Shown piece after piece: positions 37,340 through 50,957 of a DNA stretch of 64,000 nt (within the stretch, counting starts at the first letter, position 1; the number at the start of each line of letters is the position of its first letter). Source of the DNA: Octopus vulgaris (lineage: Eukaryota); NCBI GenBank assembly GCA_951406725.2, contig OX597814.1:115134001-115198000 (forward strand), in the 5' to 3' direction. The notes beneath the pieces are model-generated. The model saw nothing but the letters and a program-made list of their open reading frames with translations, ran no database searches and was not told the DNA's origin. A program made the position numbers and the translations under genes.

Positions 37340-37652
37340 CAACATCACCATCAAAATACAGGTCCAGATACTGCAACAGCTTGGGTTTCAGAGGACCACA
37401 GCTCTTTAACATCCTCCTAAATGCCTGAGAGACTTACATGGTGTGGATGGGCCTAAACTGGATCTCTTCTTGTTGGGAGTCCCAGATGAACCTACCTCAC
37501 GACAGGAGACACGGATGCGGGCAGCAGCATCGAACTCCCTTGTTGATCAAGTGCCACGTATCAGAGGTGGATTCACAAACTAGTGTAGCTCATTCAACGG
37601 TGGTGCCCCAGCATGGCCGCGGCCTTCGGGCTAAAACATATTTAAGGATTTA
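37340..37652 (+). mobile_element. CR1/L2-clade LINE 3' end
   Basis: Translates to [56 protein letters not shown]; 3' UTR GGTGGTGCCCCAGCATGGCCGCGGCCTTCGGGCTAAAAC. Confidence 0.8.
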
Positions 37653-37877
37653 TATGTACGTATGTATGTGTATATATATATACATATATATATGTACGTA
37701 TGTATGTGCGTGTGTGTGTATATATATATATATATATAGCCATTTATATACATATATGCATGTGTCTGGAGTGTGTATGTTTGTGTGCGTATACATTCAT
37801 TTTGGGTTTTATGTTCAGTTGTAATTAAAAAAATTTACATTAATCTGATGGGTCTTTTGTAGAGTACAAACTCATTC

Positions 37878-37989
37878 TTAAACAAGTATATTACTGACGG
37901 TGACTTCGGAGTTTCAGCTACCTGAGCCATCGTCGGGCGATGGCTCGACTGGCCGAAACTTCGAAGTTACTCTCAATAATATTGCTTAA
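37878..37989. repeat. Palindrome of two head-to-head hammerhead halves (same family as 1241-1340)
   Basis: GTGACTTCGGAGTTTCAGCTACCTGAGCCATCGTC | GGGCGATGGCTCGACTGGCCGAAACTTCGAAGTTAC. Confidence 0.75.
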
Positions 37990-37994
37990 ATATA

Positions 37995-38032
<38 letters not shown>

Positions 38033-38034
<2 letters not shown>

Positions 38035-38196
38035 GCGTAGAAGTGGCTATGGGGTCAGTAGCTTGCTTACCAACCACATGGTTCCGGGTTCAGTCCCACT
38101 GCATGGCACTTTGGCCAAGTGTCTTCTACTATAGCCTCGGGACGACCAAAGCCTTCTGAGTGGATTTGGAAGACGGAAACTGAAAGAAGCCCGTCG

Positions 38197-38232
<36 letters not shown>

Positions 38233-38463
38233 CATGTATGTGTGTATATGTTTGTTTGTCTGTGTTTGTCCCCCAAACATCGTTTGACAACTGATGCTTG
38301 TCTGTTTACGTCCCCGTAAATTAGCGGTTCGGCAAAAGAGACTGATAGAATAAGTACTAGGCTTACACATAATAAGTCTTGGGGTCGATTTTCTCGGCTA
38401 AAAGGCGGTGCTCCAGCATGGCCACAGTCAAATGACTGAAGCAAGGTAAAGAGTAAAAGAGTA
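38033..38463 (+). mobile_element. SINE family A
   Basis: Full-length copy following a (GATA)n tract. Confidence 0.9.
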
Positions 38464-38556
38464 GATACACGCAGGCGCACACACACACACGCACACACAC
38501 ACATATATATATATAATAATAAATATTAGGGAATAAATCCAAATTTTTTGTCTCTA

Positions 38557-38596
<40 letters not shown>

Positions 38597-39664
38597 CTTG
38601 GTAAAATTCCTCTCGGTATCCCATGCTTTTTGTACGAAGACTAAAGTGTTAGATTAGATAAAATCAAGTTAACACAGACAAATGAATACATAATGAAGAT
38701 TTAGTAATTTTTTTTTTTGAGAAAATATATATTTGTTAAACATTCCTTTATGTAATATTCAGTTATATTTTTCTTTGCGTTGTGCTTCCTAGAGGGAAGA
38801 TTATAAAAAGACTAACCTAACTAACTGCTAATTGTGTTTACAATATATTTTAACTCGTTGTTAAAATATTACCTAATTACTTAGAATTATGAAATGATAA
38901 ATTGGTTTTCTGCTTACTTATTGCTTATATCCCTAACAACCATTCTCTGGAAATTACTATATTTTGCAAAAATCGGATATTTGTTGTCTATTATACCGTC
39001 AAATTTACCTTTGTTTTAGGCTCCTATATCTAAATTTATCTATTCCCAGTGTTTTGTTGATTCAAGCTAACATTTATAATTTCATCACAGAGATCATAAA
39101 ACATACAATTTCTTAAAATATTATAATGCGATGCCTGAACATTGAAAGGTGGGAACGAAATGTCAATAGTACTTGGCTAGAGTTCTTTTGGAGTCAATGA
39201 CTGTTGAATACGTCGTGGAATAGATGACGTCAACTTGTAATATTGCTCACAGGTGGTGGAAGCTAAGACGTTCTCGATAGCGGCCTTCAAGCTCTCTTTG
39301 ATAAAAACAGATAAAGATCATTTCCGAGTCATATGAACGAATAGGGCCGGTTTCCCGGTTCCCGTGACGCATATGTTTAAACCTCTGGATAGGGGCCAGT
39401 CCGTCGCAGTAAATGCTCATTTTCTTCAGCTGACTGGACTGGAGTAACGTCAAAGTTAGTGGTTTGCTCAAGAACACGACGCATCACCCGGTCCGAGAAT
39501 CGAAACCACAATCTTATGATCATAAGTCCAACACCCTAACCATTGAGCCACGCACCTCCACCTTTGGTAACTAGGGTGAAAGTTTGCCGTCTTTTCTTCT
39601 TTTCCTTTGTTTTTCAATTATAATCACTATAAGGTTCATGTCAGATAGGTTACCTAATGAAAAA

Positions 39665-39890
39665 GGCGGCGAGCTGGCAGAATTGCTTGCGGGCTGGATG
39701 AAATGCTTAACGGTATTTCGTCTGCCGCTACGTTCTGAGTTCAAATTCCGCCGAGGTCGACTTTGCCTTTCATCCTTTCGGGGTCGATTAAATAAGTACC
39801 AGTTACGCACTGGGGTCGATATAATCGGCTTAATCCGTGTGTCTGTGTGTTTGTCCCCTCTGTGTTTAGCCCCTTGTGAGTAGTAAAGAA
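39665..39890 (+). mobile_element. SINE family B with perfect 18-bp TSD
   Basis: ATAGGTTACCTAATGAAA at 39645-39662 and 39891-39908. Confidence 0.92.
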
Positions 39891-40157
39891 ATAGGTTACC
39901 TAATGAAAGGAAATACGTTATTGTGGTGACCACCAAATCAGGCATTGGTTGCTTCGGTACTGTGTGCAGGTGCCAAATCTTGCTGGAATGCAAATTCGAT
40001 ATCACCAAGCAGTCTGTTGTTTAAGGGAAACATGAAAACACTTCCAGTCTTTGTGGACCGCTGCACTGATTGAGACCCCGAAGAAGCAAAGTGGTTCAAC
40101 GCTTGCATATGACATGCTTCCCCACCCTACCCCATAGGCATCACTTCTTTTCTTTAC

Positions 40158-40447
40158 GCCCTTTTCAAGCCTAGCCAGGCTTATGGGCCCTGTTTCCCCA
40201 GCTGGACAACACGTATGTGTTCCCCCCAGCTGGACAGGACGCCAATCCATCGCAGCGTTACCCAAGAAACAGGAAGAAAGAGTGAGAGAAAGTTGGGGCG
40301 AAAGAGTACAACAGAGGTCACCACCAACCCCTGACGGAGCCTCGTGGAGCTTTAGGTGTTTTTGCTCAACGCCCGGTCTGGGAATCAAAACCGCGATCCA
40401 CCGACCGCGAGTCTGCTGCCTTAACCACTGGTCCATTGCGCCTCCAC
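40158..40447 (-). mobile_element. SINE head C with tail variant e
   Basis: Head C body joined to the tail that is found behind head D at 25345. Confidence 0.8.
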
Positions 40448-43147
40448 ACAGGCATCACTTAGTGCAGGAATATGACACTGGATCTAAAACAGCGGCGTCG
40501 CAGGGTTTCGAATAGGGTTAGACTATTGATCATTTTCGTATCTTACATCAACAAACTAACTAAAACAGATTAGTTTAGAGTTAGTTAGTAAACCTAAGAT
40601 AACTGAACATTTTACCTTATCACTAAACTGACAACAAATACCTAATTTTTACATTGTAATTTATTATTGTTAGATGAACCTGTATTTGTGGTTTTTCATT
40701 GTTATTTCTCTTTCACTTTCAAGCCTTCAAAAGAGATATTTGAGCATGTAGTGTTATTTATTTAACACAAGAATTTGTCAATATTCTTTATTTATTTATT
40801 TTGTCTAAATAAGATTAGTAGTCAATGACATATCCGTATATTTTTCTTTCTAAAACAGTTTTATGCTAATTGATTGAGATATATACGCTTTTTACGTGGT
40901 TAAAGAGAGCCTTGGTCTTCGAATAATCATTTTGTCTTATTGCCCCCCGTCGTAAATAAAATAAATCAGTGAGAACAAGGAAATGGTTGGAAGAAGCTAA
41001 CTTCCATGTCATCTCGACATCTGGCCGTGTTGTTTTATAATATTAAATTACTTATATCTTTTGGTCTGTGTTTGAAATTGCCTGCCATTTATTATTCATT
41101 ACTTTGCAGATAAAACTGATAACTTATGTAAAATTTTATCACAAACTGAATCAAAGTCTATCGGTAGATGAAAATAACACAATAGATTCGGCGCAGGATT
41201 GGAAGAAATTTCATATCGCCGAGAAAGTTGAATATATTTCTAATGTTGTCACATTTGTTTCATCAAACGAGATGTATTACTCCTTCTCTCTCAAAAAGCT
41301 TCAAAGTCAACAAAAGCTTAAAGTATAATATTTCTGCGGGATGATATTTCTGTTATCGAATTTTAAGTTTTACGTCATGTGATTATTATTCCTTAGACAT
41401 TAACTGACAGCCATATTTAAAGGATTTTGCTTTATATCTTTTATTTATATATATATATTTCTTTTTTCCTTATTTCGCCTTCTCTTCCCCATCTCACTCT
41501 TTCACATCCTTTTATTCGTGAGTTGAAATCACTTTGTAGTTAAAAGGATGTTTTGTAACCAAACCGAGTATCTTGATAAACTACTTCTTCGACTATCTTG
41601 TAACATGATAGTTTCAATTATCAAACATTCAATAACAAGTTCGAATTGAACATTAATACCGAAGAAAGATTGCAAACAATTTTATTTTACATCTATATTT
41701 AATATTATTGTTATTATTATTGTTGCTAATGTTGTTCTTCTACTTTTTCTTCCCCCTCTTCTTAGCCTCCTCCTCTACTACTACTAATAATAATGATAAT
41801 AATAATACTTCCTTTTTCTTTTTGTCATGTTATTTCATTTACGCACAACAGATTAGACTATTGGAAAAAATTCCTAACATCGAGGTACAAGCAACCTTAG
41901 ATGCCAAGAACCTTTCCATTATTATTATTATTATTATCATAATTATTATTATTATCAGTATTATTATTATTATTATTTTTATTATTATTAAACCAATTTG
42001 TTGATTTCTCAGTGGAAAGGTAAAATACAATTTTCTTTCATTCTGAAAATTGAACTCATGTTTTGCGGGCTGATACATTATCTTTCAAATACGTTACATA
42101 ACAACATTTACCTTTCAGCTAAACATGAAAATCTTCTCAGAGAAGAAATGCCTAACCATAACTTCAAGACGAAATCCGACACTAAGCTATATTTCTTTCT
42201 TGAAGCTAATATGTTACTCTTCAAAGTTGCAAGTGCAACTGTTTACACATAACTTATTGAATGTTAACAATACCAAACAACGGCACCGACTCTGTTTGGC
42301 GGAACAAATCCAAAAATGGTAAAATCCTTTTAGGCAGCGAACTAGCCGAGTCGATAAAGTGATGAACAGAAAGCTTCACAGTAATTGTTCCGGCTCTCTA
42401 CTCTGAGTTCAAATCTCGATAGGGCCAACTTTGCATTTCATCCTTTTGAGATCGTTAAACACTAACAATCGGGTTGAATGCTTAGTGGTGTTTATTCCGG
42501 TCCACTGCATTCTGAGTTCAATTTCCACCATCGCCTACTTGGCTGGTAGACTTAAATTTGTCGCCTAATTTAATACTATCACCTTCCCCTGCTAACCAGG
42601 TACTTTTAGCGGGGTCCTCTATGATGGAAGCACTTGGGCTAAGTTTTCTGTTGTAGGATACTTTCCTTCCTCCTAGTAGTCTCTGAGAGCCTGTCGGGGG
42701 TCATGGGCATTGCCTTTAATTCTAGCTAAGAGCTAAAGCATGAACTTACAAGTTAGTTCCGGTTGATGCATAGTTGATTGAGCCAAGCCCCTGTACATGA
42801 CTACTGTTCATTTTATTGACTCAGAAGGATGAAACGCATTGACAACCTCGACCAAATTCAGAACATAGAGAAATGAAACAAGACACTGGAACGGGATTCT
42901 ACCTTCCTGAAAGAAGATGACCAAGAATAAGTACATGACAAGGATTACTAATGAATTGCAATAGGAGGATTGTACTGATAGTGCCGATATGCCTCACTAG
43001 GATGTTAGACAGAGTAAAATAGCTACCAAACCAGTAAAAGATTCTCTCTCGTCTACTACGATTATACAACTAAAAACAAGTATAATTGTTTTCCTAATGA
43101 AACCGTATCAACGAACTTTACATAAGTTATATAGGACCGTGTAAGTA

Positions 43148-44697
43148 TATATGTTGAATTACATAAATGTATAAATGATAGAACCGGGTGCAAATTGTAA
43201 ATTCAAGAACGTCACGTTTTAATCATGATAAAATTACGCAGTACATAAATGGATATTAAATCAGTAAACTAGAAGCATGATGGAGGTTGCCAGAATGCTA
43301 AATACAAGCTGAATCACATCCCATGATTAGACTTCCGCCAGTACATATTGATCAATGATAGCCAGTCAGTTTACATCGAAGAAGAAGGCGCCGAAAGGGA
43401 GATATTTCAAAATGGCCAACACAGAAACACTGCACCCATAAATAGTTCAGACTAAATGACAAGGCTGAGGCTGACAGTCAATATCTCTACTTTAAAATTC
43501 TGCACAATTACATGAAAGTAATGAATATGTAGACGAGATAAAATACTCCCCTAAAATTATTGTTATTGCATGTACAAAGAGCCACAAGCTGTGTATTATA
43601 TTATATTATATTATATTATATTATATTATAGAGTAAAGTTTATTTTCCAACGTAAAGTGGCAGTCCTGCTTAGGATGGTGTTGCTACTTTTTTTTAGCGC
43701 CAGGAAAACATCTTTTCGAGCTGGCTATCGATGCACATTTACGTCCTTATACCTCGAACAAGGGAGCTAATGTCTCCACTCAGCCTTAAACGGCACATGT
43801 GGACCAATGGTTTCTGGGTTATTTCTCTTCATTGGCACAGGATAACTGTTGGCAGCACTAGGCGTAGTTCGAGGCATATACTTTTAAAGTGACACACAGT
43901 CACTGATCTCGTAAGGAGAAAAAACAATTAGTTTTAAATCTCTGAACGAGAAATAAGTAGTAACAGTACTACAGAGTAAAGTTTATTTGACAAAGGGGCA
44001 GTTCCGAATAGGACCGTGTTACAACTTTTTTTACCCCCGGGAAAACATCTTTTCCAGCTGGCTATTATATTATAGTATATTACATTATACTATATCATAT
44101 CAGACCATATATCACCATATATGTATGTGTGCATGTATGTGTGTGTGTGTGTGTGTGAGTATGCATGCTTATTCATACATACACACGCATACATACATAC
44201 ATAATATATTATAATTTGATATATAACATAATACACAGTTTGTGGCTCTTTGTATATGCAATAACAATAATTATAGGGGAGTATTTTATCTCGTCTACAC
44301 ATTCATTGCTTTCATGTTGTTGTTCTTTTGTCAGACATAACTGTGCAGAATTTTAAAGCAGAAATATTGACTGTCAGCCTCAGCCTTGTCATTTAGTCTG
44401 AACTATTTGTGGGTGCAGTGTTTCTGTGTTGGCCATTTTGAAATGTCTCTCAGCGCCGCCTTCTTCGATGTAAACTGACTGGCTATCATTGATCAATATG
44501 TACTGGCGGAAGTCTAATCATTGGGATGTGATTCAGCTTGTATTTAGCATTCTGGCAACCTCCATCTTGCTTCTAGTTCACTGATTTAATATCCATTTAT
44601 GTACTGCGTAATTTTATCATGATTAAAACGTGACGTTCTTGTATTTGCAATTTGCACCCGGTCCTATCCTTTATACATATTTGAAATTCAAGATATA
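43148..44697. repeat. Long inverted repeat (arms 43148-43606 and 44221-44697), possible fold-back element or long-TIR MITE
   Basis: Arms roughly 90% identical by eye, e.g. GATTAGACTTCCGCCAGTACATATTGATCAATGATAGCCAGTCAGTTTACATCGAAGAAG versus its reverse complement at 44460-44519. Weaker similarity extends to ~42905 and ~44778. Confidence 0.93.
43630..44065 (-). mobile_element. Retrozyme / Penelope pLTR-like unit: 343-bp period, ~95-bp terminal direct repeats, degenerate HHR
   Basis: Direct repeats 43630-43728 and 43973-44065. Minus strand 43798-43839 reads TGTG-CCAATGA-A-GAG-AAATAA-CCC-A-GAAA-CCATTGG-TC-CACA. Inserted in (ATATT)n. Confidence 0.6.
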
Positions 44698-45436
44698 GTT
44701 CACAGAGTTTATGTAAGAACCAAGTTCAGTATTGTCGTAGCAGTTGTACTTATTCTTGGTATATTCGTTCTAGGATGACATTACATTCTGGTACTCAACT
44801 TGATGATTATCCACTTCACATATTTGACAATGGTACTTTCTGAAAAAAGCTTATTCCTTTCTGCTTGCTGTTATGTCACCTGCGAAGTCTTTAAGAAGGC
44901 CTTTGAGGCTTCTATTGTCATTGGACAGGATGTATCCGGATATGCTTCAGTACAGGCTTTATGAATCTGAAGATTTTTTTTTTACAATATCAGTTATGCT
45001 GTAATATATATATATATACATATATATGTTAACTTATATTGTTCTTATATTTAGGCAGGTACAAGTGAATCTCCACCCCAAAATGTCGAGGATGACACAG
45101 TTTGTATAATTACCAATTTGCAAGCTGCCTGCTGCTCCATCTCTGGCTGGATGTCTGCCTGTCTGTCTGTATCTCTATCTCGCTCTCTCTCTCTCTTGCT
45201 CTCTCACTTTCTCTCTCCCTTTCACTGTCTCCTCCTTTCATTTTCTTCCTCTGTTCTCTCTCTATATCTGTCTATCTCTCCCCTTTATTCTGACTATTTT
45301 TCTCTTTCCTTCTTTCGCCCCCACTCTACCTAGCCGTCTGTTATTCTTCATTTTTTCCCTAATTGGAATCCCCTCTCGCTTTCCCTTTCTCAAAAATTCG
45401 TGTAATTTATCTCATTTCTCCTTGATTCTTTCTCTA

Positions 45437-45483
<47 letters not shown>

Positions 45484-45594
45484 TACTGCTTCTTACTCTA
45501 GTCGCCTCCTTTCCCTCTTCATATCCCATTGTCTTTTCCTAAGCCTCAAGACACCCCCATCTTTATTTTATCTCTCACACACTCTCTCCCTCCC

Positions 45595-45640
<46 letters not shown>

Positions 45641-45900
45641 TAAATCATACAGCGACATCACTACGCAGTTGGACAAAAGGTCATCTGGCTTTGCTCTGTT
45701 ACTGTCCAATACAGTGAATTTTCGAATAATGCGTTTCACTGTGAGGTAAATGTACACAATCGAGGTAACGAACCTAAACATTTTTGGAATTCAAAAATAA
45801 CTCGTTAACCTCCAGTGCTAAGCTAGATTCCTAATAATGGATGTGTATGTTCTATTAATATAATATACTTACCTTGGTACAATTAGTCATATGTAGATGG

Positions 45901-45954
<54 letters not shown>

Positions 45955-45959
45955 TTATC

Positions 45960-46620
45960 ATTTGAGTTTTATTTAGATTCTTCTTGAGAGAGTTCAAGCC
46001 GGTCACTAACGAAGTGGCAGGGCTTTTTGAGTAAAGAGAGTTCCTAGTGTTTGTAAATATGTGGTTCAGTTGGTGCGTTGGCCGAACTGTCGATGCATAC
46101 AACCAAGTGCGTGCATCTATTCACATAAGGATCTCAGATGAAGGGTTTTGGGAATGTCTTACAAATCTTTACTTTGCCGTTCAGCAGATGTTGTCTGAGT
46201 GATACAATGGGGATTCAAAGGCTGTTTGGACTGACCATCACTTCATCTCACATAAATCCTAATGTAGAAGTTGCCAGTGGTTTTGATGTTTATGTGGTGT
46301 ATCTCATCGTGTGCCCAGTCTAATAACCCAAATATCGGTACTAGCACTGGTAATGCAAAAGCATTGCGAGACCTAGTTTTGTTGAATGCAGACAGCTTTG
46401 AGTTCTATATTTTCCAGAGCCTACAGAAGTACATTTCTATTATTCTGGCTTTAGTCACAGCACCAACGTATACAACATTTTCTCGATTCCGAGGTACTTG
46501 TAGCTTTCAGCATTAGATATAGAGGAGATAGACAAGTCGTTGACGTTCATGTTCTCTGTCTGGCCAACAACTATTCCTCGGTTGATTATCGTGTATGAGC
46601 ATTTATCTTGTCCACACTCT
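45960..46620 (-). mobile_element. Decayed reverse-transcriptase C-terminal region of an RLE-type (R4/Dong-like) LINE
   Basis: Minus-strand translation ESYKYLGI..KI*NSKLSAFNK..NAFALPVLVPIFGLLDW. Confidence 0.7.
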
Positions 46621-47414
46621 ATTCATATATCTCGTGAGAATGTGGTATAGTTCTAATTATCTCTTGATGTTGAAAGAATTGTAATACTCAACGACCTCTT
46701 CCATCCCTTTTTCTAACCAATTTGATTATCACGTTATAAGCAATGTTTGTTTCCTCCGAAATGGAGTATTGGAATTTTCTCCCTAATCTCGATGAGACGA
46801 ACTAAACTGGATTCATTTATTGAAATAATATATTGATCAATTATCAGATCATCTGTATTTACTATACAAGCCGTGTATAAGTTAAAGACTAGCAAACTGC
46901 ATTTTACTGCCATCACTCGTCTGACCCTACTACATTTTATTATTATACATACATATTTGTATGTATATATATATATAGTCAACAGAGCGAAATGCTGGAC
47001 TGAGATGAAAGCTTTTAATCAGCAAAGAATGTCATGTATTCTGGGATATATAGCATTATATTCTAAAGCTTTCTCTAAGAAGATTTCGATATAAAAAAAC
47101 TGGTATTTTGTGTCCATCCCTTAACGAAACCCCATCTATATTCCTAGGAGTTGTTTTTTGACATTTTGTTTCATTCTTTTCAGAAAAATCTTAGCAGCAA
47201 ATATATATATATATATATAAAGAGACAGAGAGATTCCACCACCACTGCTTGATAACTGGCGTTGGTGTGTTTACGTCCCCGTAACTTAGCATTTCAGCAA
47301 AAGGAAACGACAGAATAAAGTACAAGACCTAAAAAAATATAGGTACTGGGGACGATTCATTCGACTAAAATTCTTCAAAGGCCGCAGCCTAATGACTGAC
47401 ACAAAAGATAAGAT

Positions 47415-47445
<31 letters not shown>

Positions 47446-47725
47446 CATATATATATCACATATATATATATCACCGTGATATATATATATCACCGTGACC
47501 GACCAGGTTATCAGATGTTGCTACACATCGCTGGTGACAATGCGCTTCGCATTGTTTTAGCCTTCAAGTGACGCCACCTCGCTGGCTAAGCGAGCAGGCC
47601 AACAGAAGAAAGAGTGAGAGAAAGTCGTGGAGCTTTAGGTGTTTTCGCTCAATAAACACTAACAACGCCCGGTCTGGGAATCGAAACCGCGAGTCCGCTA
47701 CCCTAACCACTAGGCCATTGCGCCT

Positions 47726-47846
<121 letters not shown>

Positions 47847-48544
47847 TAGATATATATTTATATATATATATATATATATTTATTTATAGATATATAGATA
47901 TTTGTGTATATATATATATATATATATTATATACATATGTGAAGGATGACCACTATGTGGATAAACCTAATGCTAGAAGTAGATCCGCTATGGTATTACC
48001 ACTATGAAATGCTCTTTAGAAAATTTAGCAAACACCAGAAAATTTTGATTATAAATATATATATATGTACATAAAAATACACACCCACACACGAAATATG
48101 TACAAATGCATATGTTTATGTACGTATGTCACCCACATCTTCATATTCTTTGTTACGTTTATATTCTTATCGTTATTAACGGATCACTTTTTTACGTCTT
48201 CACCTACGTATTTATATCCACGTCAATGACCAAATATTGACACTTGGATATTGTTCTGTCGTCATATCTTCTTAGCCCACTGGTTTAATTTATTCCCACG
48301 CAACTTTTGTCATGGCGTCTCTCTGTCACCTGAACAGACACATTCTCACATCACCATCGTTGTGTATATCGTTACTCTACGCATTCAAATATATCTTATC
48401 AGTCAATAGATTTTGTCTATACGTGAGCATCGTTAATGCAAAACTCTTTACTGTGAAGGAATGATCTTACTATGCAATGATGATTGGGACCCCCTTAAAA
48501 CGTAAAATGTTTAGTCTCTCCAGCACAACGTGGACAATATAACA

Positions 48545-48648
48545 CCAGTGGTTAAGAGCGTGGGCTACTAACCCCAAGATTCCGAGTTCTATTCCAGGCA
48601 GTGACCTGAATAATAATAATAATAATGATAATAATAATAATAATAATG

Positions 48649-48705
<57 letters not shown>

Positions 48706-48880
48706 TCGAAAAATATCTCAGGAATGAGAACCCAGATTCAAAATTTCCCCAAGATCCCTGATGAAGGCTGGAGGGTATATCAGCCGAAACGACGTGTTAA
48801 CAACAAACAGGATGAAGACAAATATCCGTCAAATGTAAATAATTTAAATAATTCTTTATCCCTTAAATATAGAACTGTAT
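48545..48880 (+). mobile_element. tRNA-headed SINE-like element with (TAA)n spacer and hammerhead-motif tail
   Basis: GTGGTTAAGAGCGTGGGCTACTAACCCCAAGATTCCGAGTTCTATTCC head; CTGATGA-A-GGCTG-GAGGGTATAT-CAGCC-GAAA at 48758-48789. Confidence 0.7.
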
Positions 48881-49029
48881 TACCATCAGCATTTCCCACA
48901 CGACCTTAACATCAGATTCAGAATTCATTTAAGGCTGGGGTTACATGTCCTACGTGCACAATTCAGATTCGCAACACATAATTCATGCAACACAATTTCT
49001 TTTCCTTATGGCCCAAACAAATTAAAGTT

Positions 49030-49235
49030 AAAAAAAACCTATTACCTTCAAACGAAACCTGGACAATTTTCTTCAAATTATACCTGATAAGCCACCTATA
49101 TTTGGAAATATCTCAGTCAACAAGCATTCCCTACTTGTATGGTCCATGAGAGCACGAAACCTATCTTTAAAATGACTCAACAGATCTTATCAAGTGGCGC
49201 TATTAATTTAGACATGTCCCTTGCGAATCATACCT
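49030..49235 (+). mobile_element. CR1/L2-clade LINE 3' fragment
   Basis: Translates to TFKRNLDNFLQIIPDKPP..NKHSLL. Confidence 0.55.
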
Positions 49236-50741
49236 CAGTTATATTCTCCACTATTTTGGATTGAATACTTTGTCTTTTAGAAACTCAAAATCAAAAACAT
49301 GCGCATGCGTGTTACCCACTCCTTGTGAATGGGCATGTTTTTCATAGCTCTGGCCAGTCGGGACCTGAAGAAACAGGATTCAACGCAGCCCAGCTATTCA
49401 ACTAGAATGTACCTAGTTTTTCTTTTCTTTTTTTTTTTTACAAGTACGTGGAAAAGCTTGGTGCTGTACTGGTAAATGGGTGTAGAACGCCAACCAGTCC
49501 CATAGCAACATGTCAGGCGTCGCGACGACAACTCGTTAGCCAGCAGCGAATGGCACCTGCCTTGGTTTCACTATCGGACCTCATTCCACCCAAACTTACC
49601 TCGGCAAGTCTGAATTCACTACAGCATACTACTACCATTACGAAAGGTCAGAATCTGCTTCAAAAGGTTAATGCTAGTGCAACTACATCAAGAACATTGT
49701 CCAAAGATTCTCCTCAGCTCCATCGCGTGACTTTTAGAAGACCCCTGCAACTTTTTATTTCGAGTCCCCACCACTTCATTCAAAATTCATAATCTATGCA
49801 CCTTTTATTCATAGCTATATTTTACTTTATTCTATCTAAAATTCAATATTTCACGTTAAAAGTGCTATAAGTTAAATTTATTTAGGTCTATTACGAATTT
49901 CAATAAATAAAACTTCCATATATGAATAAAAGAGCACTTTTATTATCCAGGCAACTTTCAAAGACAAACACGGCGCACTTTTCACTTCGTGAAATCATCG
50001 ATCAGTTTAGAATAATCAAGCTGAGAGCTAAGTTCATGTTGAAAAGATATCATAGACAATTCAAAAAGCCTGGTACACATTCGCGGGTACAGTGTAATAA
50101 GCTTTAGAAGAACTTTTGCGGATACAATGTATGACCATTTTATTTCTTGAAATTTTCAGTTAACATGGATAGTTTAATTCTTGTTTAACATCTTAACCAA
50201 GTAAATAGATGACTCATTTACATACTTTGATCTTAACATGGGGGCCCCTCAACCGTGGAGGCTCCCTGCGACCACAGGGATTGCAGGGCTTAGCAACGGC
50301 CCTGATTCTCCTTCACTTCACATGCCAAAACAGAAAAAAAACTAATCTACTTCAAAAACAAATTTGAACTTAGCGGTAGCAACAACAAAAGTGACTTCTC
50401 TTTCTCTCATCTTCCCTTATGCTACAGGTTTATAAAGAGCATTTCTCCATATGGTATAACGGGAAAATTCTTTCCTACCAACTTTGCCCCTAATGCTGTC
50501 GCGAATAAGAGTCCATGACCCTAATCATAAATATGGATGGTCAAAAGGTATGCCTTCTTCCATCATAAATTCTGCCAGAATTTTTCTCTTTTAGAATATG
50601 CCTGAACCGGAAATCCGCTACAACCATCTGAAAGGCACAAAACGAATGAAAAATAAACAGCAAGATGGTGGCTGCAACAAACACAAAATATCACCACAAA
50701 CCACCTGCTAACATTAACCAGCGAAATATATATATATATAT

Positions 50742-50890
50742 GATGGCTGCCCCCTCATTATCGAGTATGGCCATTGCATGAAGCTTAACTGTTACTGGTG
50801 CTGTGATCGAATGTGACTTTTTAGCCCAGCTAAAGATCTACAATGTTTTGTGCAGAATTGGCAACTAAGAGCTTTACCGGTAATAGCTGG
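50742..50890 (-). mobile_element. RTE LINE 3' end
   Basis: Minus strand encodes the zinc finger CQFCTKHCRSLAGLKSHIRSQHQ*, then tail TGGCCATACTCGATAATGAGGGGGCAGCCATCAT. Confidence 0.65.
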
Positions 50891-50903
50891 CTGTAGTTGC
50901 AGC

Positions 50904-50957
<54 letters not shown>

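Noticed and set aside
49448-49792. 114-aa ORF
   Set aside because: No recognisable domain or splice signals; possibly an old LINE fragment, but I cannot support a call.
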